64,000 nucleotides of DNA from Candidatus Binatia bacterium (GCA_963664395.2 OY761159.2:1632001-1696000), one strand, 5' to 3'; shown: positions 18,598-28,592, counted from the stretch's first letter. Translations and numbers: made by a program. Notes: generated by a model not told the origin, from the letters alone.

Positions 18598-21363
18598 TTA
18601 CGTCGCCCCGCGTCGAGATGCTTCGTCCAAACGATCACTCAAAATCTTGGCGATATTCAGGAATATCCGGGCGCCAATCCGTGGATAGCGCTTTTGCATG
18701 CGTGACAAAAAGCGCTCGTCCACGACAATCGCTTCAGCGTCGTCTACGGCAATCACGTCCGCGGTCCGCCGGTTCTGACGAATGAGGGCCATCTCGCCAA
18801 TCACATCGCCTCGGCCCATGGTCCGGAGCAGTTTTGACTCGCCATCAATATTGAGCCGGGCATCTGCCCGGCCATTGATCAGCACGAACATCTCTCGACC
18901 CAGGTCTCCTTGCTTGACGATAAGCTCCCCTTTGGCAAAGGTCCGAAATTCGCCCATCAGCGTCACAATTTTGGCTTGCACCGGCCGGAGCCCTTCAAAG
19001 AGGGGAATCGTCTTATGCGGGTCACGTCCGAGTTTCAGGTATAACACTTCCCACAGGGTGATGATCTTCGTGGTGGCAAGCAAGGCCGGCAGCAAGAGGA
19101 CATCAGCCCCAAAGGCAACGACTATGGTTGCAGCCGAGAGCATACCAAATTCCCGGATCGGGACAAAAGTCGAGAAGTACAACACCAGAAAACCGAGAAA
19201 TAATATGACGGAGGCATACAGGCTGGGCTTGCCCACTGTCTCGATGGTTTGGAGCAGTGCCGTCTCCTGGTCCGGCGCCACATGCACCTCGGCGCTCAGC
19301 CGGGTCATCAGGTGCACGGTATTATCCACCGCAATGCCGAGCGCGATGGAAGCGATAATGCTGGTCCCCAGGTTGAGAACCGCGCCGGATATACCCATCA
19401 GTCCGAAAAAAATCACAATCGGAAAGATGTTGGGGATCATGGCGATCAGACCAACTCGCGCAGACAGAAACATGGCCGACATAATGAGGAAGATGACGCC
19501 GGCAGCCAGAGACAGACTGCGGATTTGGTCGGTAATAATATCGCCGGTTGTCTTGGTCAGGAGAATGAGATTGCCGGTGGGACGCACCTGAAGATCAGGC
19601 GGAAAGCGCTCTTGGGCGTAGGCCGTAATATCCTCCGCGAGCGCGGAAATCTCCTTTGAGCCTGAGAGCGTTGTACGGACTAAGATATTCGAGCGCATAA
19701 AATCCGGGCTGGCGACTGACCGAAAACTGGTCGGACTTCCGGCTATAAGTTGCATGACGGCGCGGAGTTGAGACGGCTCCTGCCAGAAGGTTGTCGGGTT
19801 TTCTGGAGGCGGAGCCACAATAATTTCGCCACCCGGACCGACCGTCATCTCACCGCCGCCAGACTGCACTCCTCGGTCGAGCATCTCACAGTAGTCGACA
19901 AACGAAACGGTTTTATCCACACCGGGCAGGCCATTAATATAGGACTGGAGGTCTTTGATCCGGCGTAAGGTATCCCACTGTTTCATCACGTCTTTTTCTT
20001 CGCCATCAATGACGACATAAAAAGCCATGCTGCCGACCAGATGTTCGTTAATGGCGTCGGTGGCTTGGCGAATCGGATCGTTGGGGCGGAAGAACGACTG
20101 AAAGTTCGAATCGACCTGAATCGAGAAGAGATTCCATATTGCCACACCGGCGCAAAGCAGCGACGCGCCAATAACGGCCAGGCGGTTCCGGATGGCAAAG
20201 CGTCCGATATGCCGAAGACCCGTGGTGACCCCAGGGGCAAAATCTTCTGCCGGCTTGGACGGAAGGCCCAACTGCATGAGCAAGGCCGGGACAAGAATAA
20301 TAGACAAGAGAAAAGCAATCAGAATACCGACCGACGAGAAAATGCCCATGTCTCGAATACTGCTGAGCGGATTCACGCCCAAGGAGAGGAAACCCAGCAC
20401 GGTTGTAAACGCAGTAATAAAAATCGGCGGGCTGGTTTTCCTGAGGGTCTCCAGCACAACGTCCCGCACCGATCCAGCCGGCTGGGCCAGCTCATAATAC
20501 TCGGCCACCACGTGGAGCGAATAGGCCGTACCCAACACCAGAATCAGGGGCGGCAGGGCAATACTCCCCAAGCTGAGGCTGCTCCCGGCGAGCACCATAA
20601 TTCCCAGCGTCCAGATCAAACTGACAATAATCGTCAGGGCCGGCAACAAGACACCCCGGAGGGAGCGAAAGCTGAAGAAGAGCACAACCACAATAGCCAA
20701 GAGGGTCAGTGGGACGAAGCGGGTTACATCGCTTTGCATGGCGTGCGCGGAATAGACTTTGAAGCGAGGTAAGCCGGTATAAAACAGCCGTTCCGGTCCA
20801 GTCTCCCGTTCTTTCTCTATAATGGCTTGGATCTGCTCATCGATAGCCCGCTGCATAAATTCATCGTCGTCCATATCGGCGAAAAAGATATTGATGGCGG
20901 CAGCTTTCCCATCTTCCGAGACCAGATTTTTAATATAAATGGGACGGTCGGCCAGCGTATCCCGGAGCGTCTCCAGACCGGCCTGATCGGTAGGAACCTG
21001 CTTGATCAGAAGCGGCGGCTCGACCACATCGGCAATAGGGTCAACCGCATTGGCCAGACTGAGCACCTCCTGGACACCCCCGATTTTCTCCAGCGCTTCG
21101 GTCAGCCGCATAATTTTATGCAAGACATCGGCAGTATAGATGTCATCGGCAAGCAGACCGACCACCCCAACTTCATCGCTGCCAAAGAGCTGGCGCACTT
21201 CATCGTAGTACCGGCTGTCCGGGTTGTCTTGGCTGAGGAGACTTTCGACCGAGCCGTCCAGACGAAGGTCTTTTGCGTACAAGCCAAAAACACAGGTGAG
21301 CAGGAAGAGAAGAACGAGGAGGGTCTTCGGCCAGGTGACGACGAGCAGATAGAGCCGTTCCAT
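18598..21363 (-). CDS. MMPL/RND family transporter with C-terminal cyclic-nucleotide-binding domain
   Basis: Two RND repeats (ASIALGIAVDNTVH); C-terminal GELIVKQGD...MFVLING...GDVIGEMALI...RTADVIA cNMP-binding signature. Confidence 0.88.
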   Translation of the reverse strand: MERLYLLVVTWPKTLLVLLFLLTCVFGLYAKDLRLDGSVESLLSQDNPDSRYYDEVRQLFGSDEVGVVGLLADDIYTADVLHKIMRLTEALEKIGGVQEVLSLANAVDPIADVVEPPLLIKQVPTDQAGLETLRDTLADRPIYIKNLVSEDGKAAAINIFFADMDDDEFMQRAIDEQIQAIIEKERETGPERLFYTGLPRFKVYSAHAMQSDVTRFVPLTLLAIVVVLFFSFRSLRGVLLPALTIIVSLIWTLGIMVLAGSSLSLGSIALPPLILVLGTAYSLHVVAEYYELAQPAGSVRDVVLETLRKTSPPIFITAFTTVLGFLSLGVNPLSSIRDMGIFSSVGILIAFLLSIILVPALLMQLGLPSKPAEDFAPGVTTGLRHIGRFAIRNRLAVIGASLLCAGVAIWNLFSIQVDSNFQSFFRPNDPIRQATDAINEHLVGSMAFYVVIDGEEKDVMKQWDTLRRIKDLQSYINGLPGVDKTVSFVDYCEMLDRGVQSGGGEMTVGPGGEIIVAPPPENPTTFWQEPSQLRAVMQLIAGSPTSFRSVASPDFMRSNILVRTTLSGSKEISALAEDITAYAQERFPPDLQVRPTGNLILLTKTTGDIITDQIRSLSLAAGVIFLIMSAMFLSARVGLIAMIPNIFPIVIFFGLMGISGAVLNLGTSIIASIALGIAVDNTVHLMTRLSAEVHVAPDQETALLQTIETVGKPSLYASVILFLGFLVLYFSTFVPIREFGMLSAATIVVAFGADVLLLPALLATTKIITLWEVLYLKLGRDPHKTIPLFEGLRPVQAKIVTLMGEFRTFAKGELIVKQGDLGREMFVLINGRADARLNIDGESKLLRTMGRGDVIGEMALIRQNRRTADVIAVDDAEAIVVDERFLSRMQKRYPRIGARIFLNIAKILSDRLDEASRRGAT

Positions 21364-21372
21364 AATAGAGGG

Positions 21373-21397
21373 AGGGGCGGGTTTGAAACCCGCCCCT
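21373..21397. repeat. GTAG-type REP-like palindrome
   Basis: Perfect palindrome AGGGGCGGGTTT-G-AAACCCGCCCCT; partial copies at 21727 and 39524. Confidence 0.8.
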
Positions 21398-21522
21398 GAT
21401 TGGAACGGCATATATCGGAAACGGGCGACAAGTGCGAGGGGCAAATCAAGCGCATAGCCGCGTGGCAGCGCGGTTGGCAATTCCGGCGGCCACCGCTATA
21501 GAGCTATGAGGGCGGGATAGGT

Positions 21523-24500
21523 ATGCAGTGCACGAGTTGCGGTTTTGAGAATCAGGTTGGGATGAAGTTTTGTACCGAGTGTGGCACCCGGCTGGCCAAC
21601 CTGTGTCCGGGCTGCAATTTTGAGAATCCGCCGCAGGCAAAATTCTGCGGTGCATGCGGGCAGGCTCTCTCTACACAAGTCTTAGCGTCCTCTCAGGCCG
21701 TATCGGACCAAGCCGCAGCCGTAACAGCGGGTTTGAAACCCGCCCCTCCCGAGCGGCAGCCCGCCGCCGGAGACCGGCGTCAAGTCACCGTCATGTTTTG
21801 TGACCTGGTTGGTTCGACGCCGCTGTCCGAACAGCTCGACCCTGAGGAGTGGCGCGATGTGCTCGGCGCGTATCATGCGACCTGCACCCAAGTCATTGAC
21901 CGTTTTGGCGGTCATATTGCCAAGTATCTCGGCGACGGCCTGCTCGTGTTCTTTGGCTACCCGGCCGCGCACGAAGACGACGCGCCCCGTTCGCTGTACG
22001 CCGGTTTGGGCATACTCCAGGAGTTGCAGCAACTCAGCACCCGGCTCAACCAGCCGCTTGCGGTCCGCATCGGCATTCATACCGGCCTCGTGGTGGCCGG
22101 CGAGGTTGGCAACGCCGCCATGGATATTGTCGGGACAACGCCGCATATCGCCGCACGGCTCCAGACCCTGGCCCGGCCAGGCACGCTGGTAGTCAGCGCC
22201 GATACCTGTCAGCTCGCCCCCGGACTGTTCACGACCGTCAGTCTCGGCCCGCAGACACTCAGAGGCGTGTCCGAGCCCATCCCCGTCTACCGAGTCGTGA
22301 GGGCAAACGAAGCCCGCCATCCGCTGGAAGCCCCGGCTCAGAGCGGCCTTACGCCGCTGACCGGGCGGGAGAAAGAAGCCGGCCTGCTGCTCGAACGTTG
22401 GGAGCAGGTGCAGGAGCGGCGCGGTCAGGTCATCCTGTTGAGCGGCGAAGCCGGCATCGGCAAGTCGCGACTGATTCAGGCCCTGGCCGAGCAAGCCGCG
22501 CAGACATCCTCGGCCACGCTGATCGAGTACCGTTGCTCACCCTATTATCAGAGCAGCGCCCTGTATCCGTTGATTGATTTCCTGCAACGCATCCTCAACT
22601 TCAAGCTAGATGAAATGCCCCACCAGAAGCTCGACAAACTGGCCCGGGCGCTTGACCGGCAGGGCTTCCCGCGAGACGCCGTCCTGCCCCTGTTTGCGGC
22701 TCTGTTGTCGCTGCCCCACCCCGAGGGCTGTCCTGCCCTGGTCGGCACTCCGCAACAGCAAAAGCAGAAAATGCAGGAAACGCTCGTGATCTGGCTGCTG
22801 CAGGAAGCCGAGCGCCAGCCCCTGCATTGCGTGGTTGAAGACCTGCACTGGGCCGACCCGTCTTCGCTCGAATTTATCAGCCTGCTGATCGATCACATTC
22901 CCAGGGCACGTATGCTATTGCTGCTGACGTATCGCCCCGAGTTCCAGCCACCTTGGGCGCTGCGCTCGCATATGACCCAGATGATGCTCAGCCGCCTGCC
23001 CCGCAAACACATAGAGGTCATGATCGCCAACGTCACCAAAGGGAAGACCCTGCCGGCCGAGGTCGTAGAACAGATTGCCCTCAAAACGGACGGGGTTCCT
23101 CTCTTTGTCGAAGAACTGACCAAGATGGTCGTAGAATCGAATTTTCTGAGAGAGGAAGCTGAGGGCTATACCTTGATCGGACCGCTCCCCAACCTGGCCA
23201 TTCCAACCACGCTGCAAGACTCGCTCATGGCGCGCTTGGACCGACTTGCGCCCGTCCGGGAAATCGCCCAACTCGGCGCAACCCTGGGGCGGGAGTTCTC
23301 ATTTGAGCTCATCAAAGTCGTCTGTCCGTTGTCGGAACCGGAGCTCCAACAGGCGCTCGCGGTGCTGGTCGAGGCGGAAATCCTGTACCAGCGCGGGATT
23401 CTGCCCAATGCCGAATACACCTTCAAACACGCCCTGATCCAGGATGCCGCCTACCAGTCCCTGCTGAAGAGCAAGCGCCAGCACTATCACGAGCAGATTG
23501 CGCGGACGCTGACCGCGTATGTCTCGGTCAGCGGCGATATCCATCCCGAATTACTGGCCCATCACTACACCCAGGCCGGACTGACGGAAGAGGCCCTGCC
23601 GTATTGGTATCAGGCCGGAGAACGGGCCGTTGGGCGGTCTGCGAACGAGGAAGCCATTCGTCACCTGCAGACCGGCCTCACCCTGCTGGACACCCTGCCC
23701 CCGACCCCGCCGCGCGACCGACACGAATTAGCGTTCCGGACAGCCTTGGGTACGGCCTTCATGGCCGTCCGTGGCTCGGCTGCACCGGAAGTAGCCCAGG
23801 CGTATGGCAGGGCCCGGGAGCTGTGTGAACAGATTGGGGATTTGGGCCAACTCTTCACTATTCTGCGGGGGTTCTGGGTCCATCATCTTGTACGCGGCGA
23901 TCTCCACCGCGCTCGGGAACTCGGCGAAAAACTGTTGGCGCTGACCGCGGGGACGACGGATGCACTGTTCCACGCCGAGGCGCGTTTTGCCTTGGGCGGC
24001 ACTTTTTTCTGGCTCGGCGAACCGGAATCCGCCCGCACCCATATCGGCCAGGGACTCCGGCATACCCAACGTATAGACGACGCTGCGGCCTATATGTTTG
24101 GCCAGCATGTGGAGGTCGGTTGTCTGAGCTACGAAACCTTGAGTCTGCTCGTGCTGGGCTATCCCGAACAAGCCCGACAGGAGCGGAACCGCTCCATGGT
24201 GGACTATGCCAAGGAACGCGCGCATCCCTTGACGCTCGTCTATGCTCATTTTTTCGAGGCCGCGGTGTCACAGCTCCGACATGAGGCGAACGCCGTTCGC
24301 ACGCATGCACGCGCCATGATTCAGCTCTCGCAGGAACAGGGCTTTCCCTATTGGCTGTCAATGGGAACTATTCTGGAAGGCTGGGCCCGCTCTGTGCAAG
24401 GAGAAGTTGGAGAAGGCACTGAAGGGATTACCCAGATCCAACACGGGCTCCGGGAGTTTCGTAAGACCGGCGCGGCCCTGGCCGTGTCCTATTTTCTGGG

Positions 24501-25005
24501 ACTGTTAGCCGATGCCTGCCTCCAGAAAAACCAGGGAGAAGGGCTGGACGAGACCTTGATTGAAGCCGGCCTGACCAGCCTGGCCGAAGCCCTCTCCTGT
24601 AGTGAGCGGACAGGAGAACGCATCTATGCGTCCGAGCTGCACCGGCTCAAGGGAGAACTGTTATTCCGCAAAGCCGCAGGCCGGGCTTCACACGCCCTTG
24701 CCGCCCTCCCGCCTGGCTCTGTCGTCCAAATAGAGCAGTGCTTTCAGCAGGCTCTCAGCATTGCGCGTCGCCAGCGGGCAAAATGGTTTGAGCTGCGGGC
24801 AGCCATCAGTCTGCACCGCTTTTGGCAAGAATATGCAGCAGAGTATCCGACGGCGCAGCAAAAGCGGCAGGCTGCCCGTAGAGACCTGCAACAGGTCCAT
24901 GATTGGTTCACAGAGGGCTTGGACACAGACCTGCTGCGCAAGGCCCGCGGGTTATTAGATCACGACGCCCCCACTGCTGCGTCGGCATTGCGCGAAGGGA
25001 CCTGA
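21523..25005 (+). CDS. Class III adenylate/guanylate cyclase with double zinc ribbon, AAA/STAND ATPase and TPR domains
   Basis: Four CxxC; VMFCDLVGST, AKYLGDG, RIGIHTG, AARLQ; GEAGIGKS Walker A; VEDLHWAD; FKHALIQDAAY; TPR tail. Confidence 0.92.
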   Translation: MQCTSCGFENQVGMKFCTECGTRLANLCPGCNFENPPQAKFCGACGQALSTQVLASSQAVSDQAAAVTAGLKPAPPERQPAAGDRRQVTVMFCDLVGSTPLSEQLDPEEWRDVLGAYHATCTQVIDRFGGHIAKYLGDGLLVFFGYPAAHEDDAPRSLYAGLGILQELQQLSTRLNQPLAVRIGIHTGLVVAGEVGNAAMDIVGTTPHIAARLQTLARPGTLVVSADTCQLAPGLFTTVSLGPQTLRGVSEPIPVYRVVRANEARHPLEAPAQSGLTPLTGREKEAGLLLERWEQVQERRGQVILLSGEAGIGKSRLIQALAEQAAQTSSATLIEYRCSPYYQSSALYPLIDFLQRILNFKLDEMPHQKLDKLARALDRQGFPRDAVLPLFAALLSLPHPEGCPALVGTPQQQKQKMQETLVIWLLQEAERQPLHCVVEDLHWADPSSLEFISLLIDHIPRARMLLLLTYRPEFQPPWALRSHMTQMMLSRLPRKHIEVMIANVTKGKTLPAEVVEQIALKTDGVPLFVEELTKMVVESNFLREEAEGYTLIGPLPNLAIPTTLQDSLMARLDRLAPVREIAQLGATLGREFSFELIKVVCPLSEPELQQALAVLVEAEILYQRGILPNAEYTFKHALIQDAAYQSLLKSKRQHYHEQIARTLTAYVSVSGDIHPELLAHHYTQAGLTEEALPYWYQAGERAVGRSANEEAIRHLQTGLTLLDTLPPTPPRDRHELAFRTALGTAFMAVRGSAAPEVAQAYGRARELCEQIGDLGQLFTILRGFWVHHLVRGDLHRARELGEKLLALTAGTTDALFHAEARFALGGTFFWLGEPESARTHIGQGLRHTQRIDDAAAYMFGQHVEVGCLSYETLSLLVLGYPEQARQERNRSMVDYAKERAHPLTLVYAHFFEAAVSQLRHEANAVRTHARAMIQLSQEQGFPYWLSMGTILEGWARSVQGEVGEGTEGITQIQHGLREFRKTGAALAVSYFLGLLADACLQKNQGEGLDETLIEAGLTSLAEALSCSERTGERIYASELHRLKGELLFRKAAGRASHALAALPPGSVVQIEQCFQQALSIARRQRAKWFELRAAISLHRFWQEYAAEYPTAQQKRQAARRDLQQVHDWFTEGLDTDLLRKARGLLDHDAPTAASALREGT
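21727..21747. repeat. REP-like palindrome inside the cyclase linker (in frame, AGLKPAP)
   Basis: GCGGGTTTGAAACCCGCCCCT identical to 21377-21397. Confidence 0.8.
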
Positions 25006-25064
25006 GGATACGGGCGGAGTCGCCGTCTTGACCCACCCGCAGCACCTGCGCTAAGCCGACGAAA

Positions 25065-26210
25065 GTGGCCCAAGAACCGACATATGACCCTGCGGCGACA
25101 AACCAGCTCATCCACAGCATGGGGGTGAAGTTCCGGCAGGAAATCCTCCGTCCGGTCGGTCCCAGCCCAACACGTCTGCCGGTCAACCAATCTTTTTCTC
25201 TCGCCGCCACCCATCTTTTTTGGACGCTTCCGAATCGCGTTCGACGCTTTTCTTCTCGGGTCACACCACAGGCGATTGCGCAGCGCAGCAGCCGGCTTGA
25301 CACCAGCGTCTCTCCGTTGGCCATCTGGATGTTTGGCTACTCCTTTCTGGTCGGACGAGAGATATTGCTTGATTTCGGGGTGATCAAAGCAGCCGACTAT
25401 GCCGAAGATATCGGACTTGTCCTAGACTGCTGGAACCGGTGCGCAACCGCCTCGCGCACCGACGGACATACGGATAACAGCGAGGCCGGCGGGGCGAATC
25501 CCTATCTCCCAAGCGCCACCATTCAGCAACTGTCTGACGCGCTTATTCCGGTTGATGCCGAACTGCGGCGAGTGGCGGATCAATTCCTGGCTGCGCTCGA
25601 ATCCTATACCTTTCTTGTGAATGCTGAGGCACATCTCGGGACCATTGATTCCGGCCCCTACCCGCTGAGGACGAATCGCCTCCTTATCGTTCGTCACTTT
25701 TTTGACCTGACCGGTCGGTGGTATCCGTGGCGTACCCGCGCGGTCGGGTTTCCGTACCCGGCCTGCACCTTGGCTTTTACCCTCGACCCGGAGGAGTTTC
25801 GGACTATCGAGTTCAGCGACCGCGCGGCCCTGCTCACCTCACCGATAAATTATCGAGAGCGTATCCGGGAACTCGTTTTGGTCAGGCTCGACCGTACCTA
25901 CCCCCGGCCACTGCCCTTTACCGATCTGGACCGTCTCACGCGGGCCGCAAAAAAAATAGAGCCGCGCGTCCTCGCCTGGTTCCAGAAGCAATCGCCCTAT
26001 GCAACCATCCTCTATTGCGCGCAACCCTGGGCCGTCAGACCAGCCGCAGTGGTGGTCCCTTCGGAGGAATGTTTTGCTTGGCAGCCTGCCCCAGCTGCGC
26101 TTGAACTCCTCTCCCACTACGCCCAGGACGATGCCCTGGCCGCCCACTGGGCCCTGGAGCGCTGTTTGACGCCAGGTCGTTCGTCCGCCTTTGTCCCCTT
26201 AGAGGGCTGA
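25065..26210 (+). CDS. Hypothetical protein
   Basis: 381-aa ORF co-directional with the cyclase; protein-like composition (FLVGRE, DSGPY); no family recognised. Confidence 0.65.
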   Translation: MAQEPTYDPAATNQLIHSMGVKFRQEILRPVGPSPTRLPVNQSFSLAATHLFWTLPNRVRRFSSRVTPQAIAQRSSRLDTSVSPLAIWMFGYSFLVGREILLDFGVIKAADYAEDIGLVLDCWNRCATASRTDGHTDNSEAGGANPYLPSATIQQLSDALIPVDAELRRVADQFLAALESYTFLVNAEAHLGTIDSGPYPLRTNRLLIVRHFFDLTGRWYPWRTRAVGFPYPACTLAFTLDPEEFRTIEFSDRAALLTSPINYRERIRELVLVRLDRTYPRPLPFTDLDRLTRAAKKIEPRVLAWFQKQSPYATILYCAQPWAVRPAAVVVPSEECFAWQPAPAALELLSHYAQDDALAAHWALERCLTPGRSSAFVPLEG

Positions 26211-26225
26211 CCTTCCCACAAAAAA

Positions 26226-26309
26226 TCCCCTCCTTGGAGGGGTGAGCCTGAGCTTGTCGAAGCCTGTCCTGAGCAGAGCGGAGCGAAGTCGAAGGGGGCC
26301 GGGGTGGGT
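26226..26309. repeat. Nested composite of REP-like elements at the island boundary
   Basis: TCCCCTCCTTGGAGGGG...GGGGTGGGT interrupted by GCCTGAGCTTGTCGAAG and GCCTGTCCTGAGC-(AGAGCGGAGCGA)-AGTCGAAGG; the last unit recurs at 47814 and 61316. Confidence 0.7.
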
Positions 26310-26568
26310 AGCCTTCCACCCAGCCAATCCAGCAGTACGCAGGACGTACTCAATGAGGCCGGGGCAGTTATAGCCCAGGAATTAGCCCCTCGGTATCTTC
26401 TTGCCGGGCTTGACGTATTTCGACACGGTGCGAGCGCTGGCAACTGTGTCATCAAGAACCCCCGTTCTCTGTGTGAAACGGCTCGTATTATCTTCTCTAT
26501 GTAGCTGTCAAAGAACGGAAAACTCGGCTTCGAGCGCTACCAGCGAAACCGGATGGTGGCCAGTCCGG

Positions 26569-26600
26569 GACTTGAACAGTCTGAAGTCAAAGGCCATATT
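26569..26600 (+). promoter_or_regulatory. Putative sigma70 promoter/operator of the Phd-like antitoxin gene
   Basis: TTGAAC-17 nt-CATATT, 7 nt before ATG 26608; inverted repeat GACTT..AAGTC over the -35. Confidence 0.5.
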
Positions 26601-26607
26601 AGTCTTT

Positions 26608-26868
26608 ATGATAACGGTGTCCATTTCCGAGTTGAAGGCGAATCTCGCGCATTACGTTCGCGAGATTCGCCGTGGCGGCGAGGTGCAGGTCCTCGATCGC
26701 GGTGCGCCGGTCGCGAGGACGAAATCGAGGAAATCCGCGACTTCACCTCGACGATCGTTCCCGATGGGAAGGTTGAACCGCCGCGACCGGACGTGCCGGG
26801 TGCACGAAACAACGCCGCCGAAGACGATGATTCGTAGGCTTCGCGCATGTCCGGCCCGTCAAATTTAA
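26608..26868 (+). pseudogene. Truncated Phd/YefM antitoxin, chimeric with unrelated DNA
   Basis: MITVSISELKANLAHYVREIRRGGEVQVLDRGAPVAR is the Phd DNA-binding domain; similarity stops at ~26718; no toxin follows. Confidence 0.72.
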
Positions 26869-28592
26869 TGAGTACAAACGAAGGAATTCTGTCGGCAAAC
26901 GCCGAGGGGACCTTACTCAGCGCTATTGCCTCGACCCCGTATGACGAAGACGATTTCCTGGCAGGCGCGCTTGCCGAACTCCACAATGCCGGTACGCTCG
27001 ACGTCCTGAAGGCTTTCCGATCCGATCAACTGGATGCCGTATCCGGTCATTCGTTCTTCAGGCTTCAGCAAGTGTTCCGCCGAACCTTGCCGCAGATCGA
27101 GTGTCCGGCAGCAGATGCCGCAGCTGCCTGCAAAATCCTTTTCGAAAAGGCCGGCAACAACCTCACCGCCGGCTTGGTTGACGACGCTCTCCGCGAGTGG
27201 CTTCAGCATAGCCGGAAGCGCGCTGAGGAAGGTTTGGATTTGATTCGGCACGACCTGGGCATCCAAACTGGGATTACCCGGCATGTGCTGATGGCAGGTG
27301 CGGCACATGACCCGAGGCGATTTGCCGAGGAAGCGCTCAACCTGTCGCATCAGCCGCAATCGCACATTCGACTGGATGCACTCTTCGCGCTTGGAAGAAT
27401 GGCGCTGGAAGAGGATGACCACATTCTTACTCGGGTTACCGAACGCCTCGACCAGGCGATTGAGTCACCGATTTCCGATCACGATGCGGCCATTGCGATC
27501 GAAGCAGCTCTGCAACTGCTCGACCGGTTCGGCGAAAAACTCGTGCATGTCGTGGAATCGCTCCTGGCCAAGGCCTGCAAAAATCCGCCGCCAATCACGC
27601 GTCATGCAATTGCGGTCGGCCTTCAGTTTGGTCGCAAAAACTATACGGAGGCGATGATCGACGCCAGCTTTTCAGCAATCCAGCATGCGGACAAACATGC
27701 TCCCGACACGATCAACGAGATCGACTTGATGCTGTATCAGTGGAATCTGGACGGGGACCGGCAGCGCGTTCTCCGCCTTTTGCGTAATTTGCTCAGCCAT
27801 AGCGACGACGCTATTGGTCTCGAAGCTCTGGACAGCTTCCGGCATAAGCTCACCAACGAGCCTGGCGGCCTATTGGGATGGTATGTCGTGTCGTTGCTGT
27901 TGACCGGCGATCTTCGGCTCAGCGTCGCTGCCAACGGGTTGTTGCCCTACAATAAGGCTCCTGTCGGTCTCGATATCGATCTGACGCCGTTCGCTCTGGA
28001 TCCCGCATGGGTTCCGTTTCTGGCCCGAAAAGTTCTCGGATACTGCCTCGTCAATAGAGCAAGTGCATCGGCGTTGCTCCTATCCTGCCTCCGAGCTGTA
28101 TCCAACGAGAACCGCGCCGATCTTGAGGAACTAGTTCTGTATTATTTTCTGATCAATTATCCGGGCGCCATCGAGTGGTTTGAAGCGGCCGTCTCGCCAA
28201 ACGATCCCGCAGGGATGTCCGTGAAACGCCTCTCGTCCACACTAGAGGCGTATCTCGAAGAACTTCACCGAACCGATCTCTGCGCCGCGTTCCGACCGAG
28301 CGACCGGGAACGCCAGCTTCAAGGCTATCGGCAAGCCCATTTGTTGCGAAACATTCAGAAAGAAGCCGAAAAACGCTCAGTTCTGTCCCAACTCGTCCAC
28401 CGTTCCGTCCTGCTTTACGGCACAGGCTCGATTTATTACGTGCATACGGACGAGGGCTGCGACCCGCATCGGCAGGAGATGTCCCTGGCGAGTTTTCATC
28501 AGACGATCGAGATTCCGAGGCTTGAGGTGATCGACCCAGTTGGCCTCCAGTACGCGATTTACCGCTTCCGGTCGGAGGCTCCGCCGAAATGA
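26847..28592 (+). CDS. Large alpha-helical (HEAT/adaptin-like) protein, candidate antiphage component (OloA-like)
   Basis: 581 aa, Leu/Ala-rich helical repeats (RLDALFALGRM); ATGA overlap with the downstream nuclease gene; alternative start ATG 26868. Confidence 0.6.
   Translation: MSGPSNLMSTNEGILSANAEGTLLSAIASTPYDEDDFLAGALAELHNAGTLDVLKAFRSDQLDAVSGHSFFRLQQVFRRTLPQIECPAADAAAACKILFEKAGNNLTAGLVDDALREWLQHSRKRAEEGLDLIRHDLGIQTGITRHVLMAGAAHDPRRFAEEALNLSHQPQSHIRLDALFALGRMALEEDDHILTRVTERLDQAIESPISDHDAAIAIEAALQLLDRFGEKLVHVVESLLAKACKNPPPITRHAIAVGLQFGRKNYTEAMIDASFSAIQHADKHAPDTINEIDLMLYQWNLDGDRQRVLRLLRNLLSHSDDAIGLEALDSFRHKLTNEPGGLLGWYVVSLLLTGDLRLSVAANGLLPYNKAPVGLDIDLTPFALDPAWVPFLARKVLGYCLVNRASASALLLSCLRAVSNENRADLEELVLYYFLINYPGAIEWFEAAVSPNDPAGMSVKRLSSTLEAYLEELHRTDLCAAFRPSDRERQLQGYRQAHLLRNIQKEAEKRSVLSQLVHRSVLLYGTGSIYYVHTDEGCDPHRQEMSLASFHQTIEIPRLEVIDPVGLQYAIYRFRSEAPPK

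Noticed and set aside
26320-26580. Minus-strand segment reading ...KYVKPGKKIPRG*FLGYNCPGLIEYVLR..., faintly NlpC/P60-like
   Set aside because: Short and interrupted by stops; cannot be assigned without a search.
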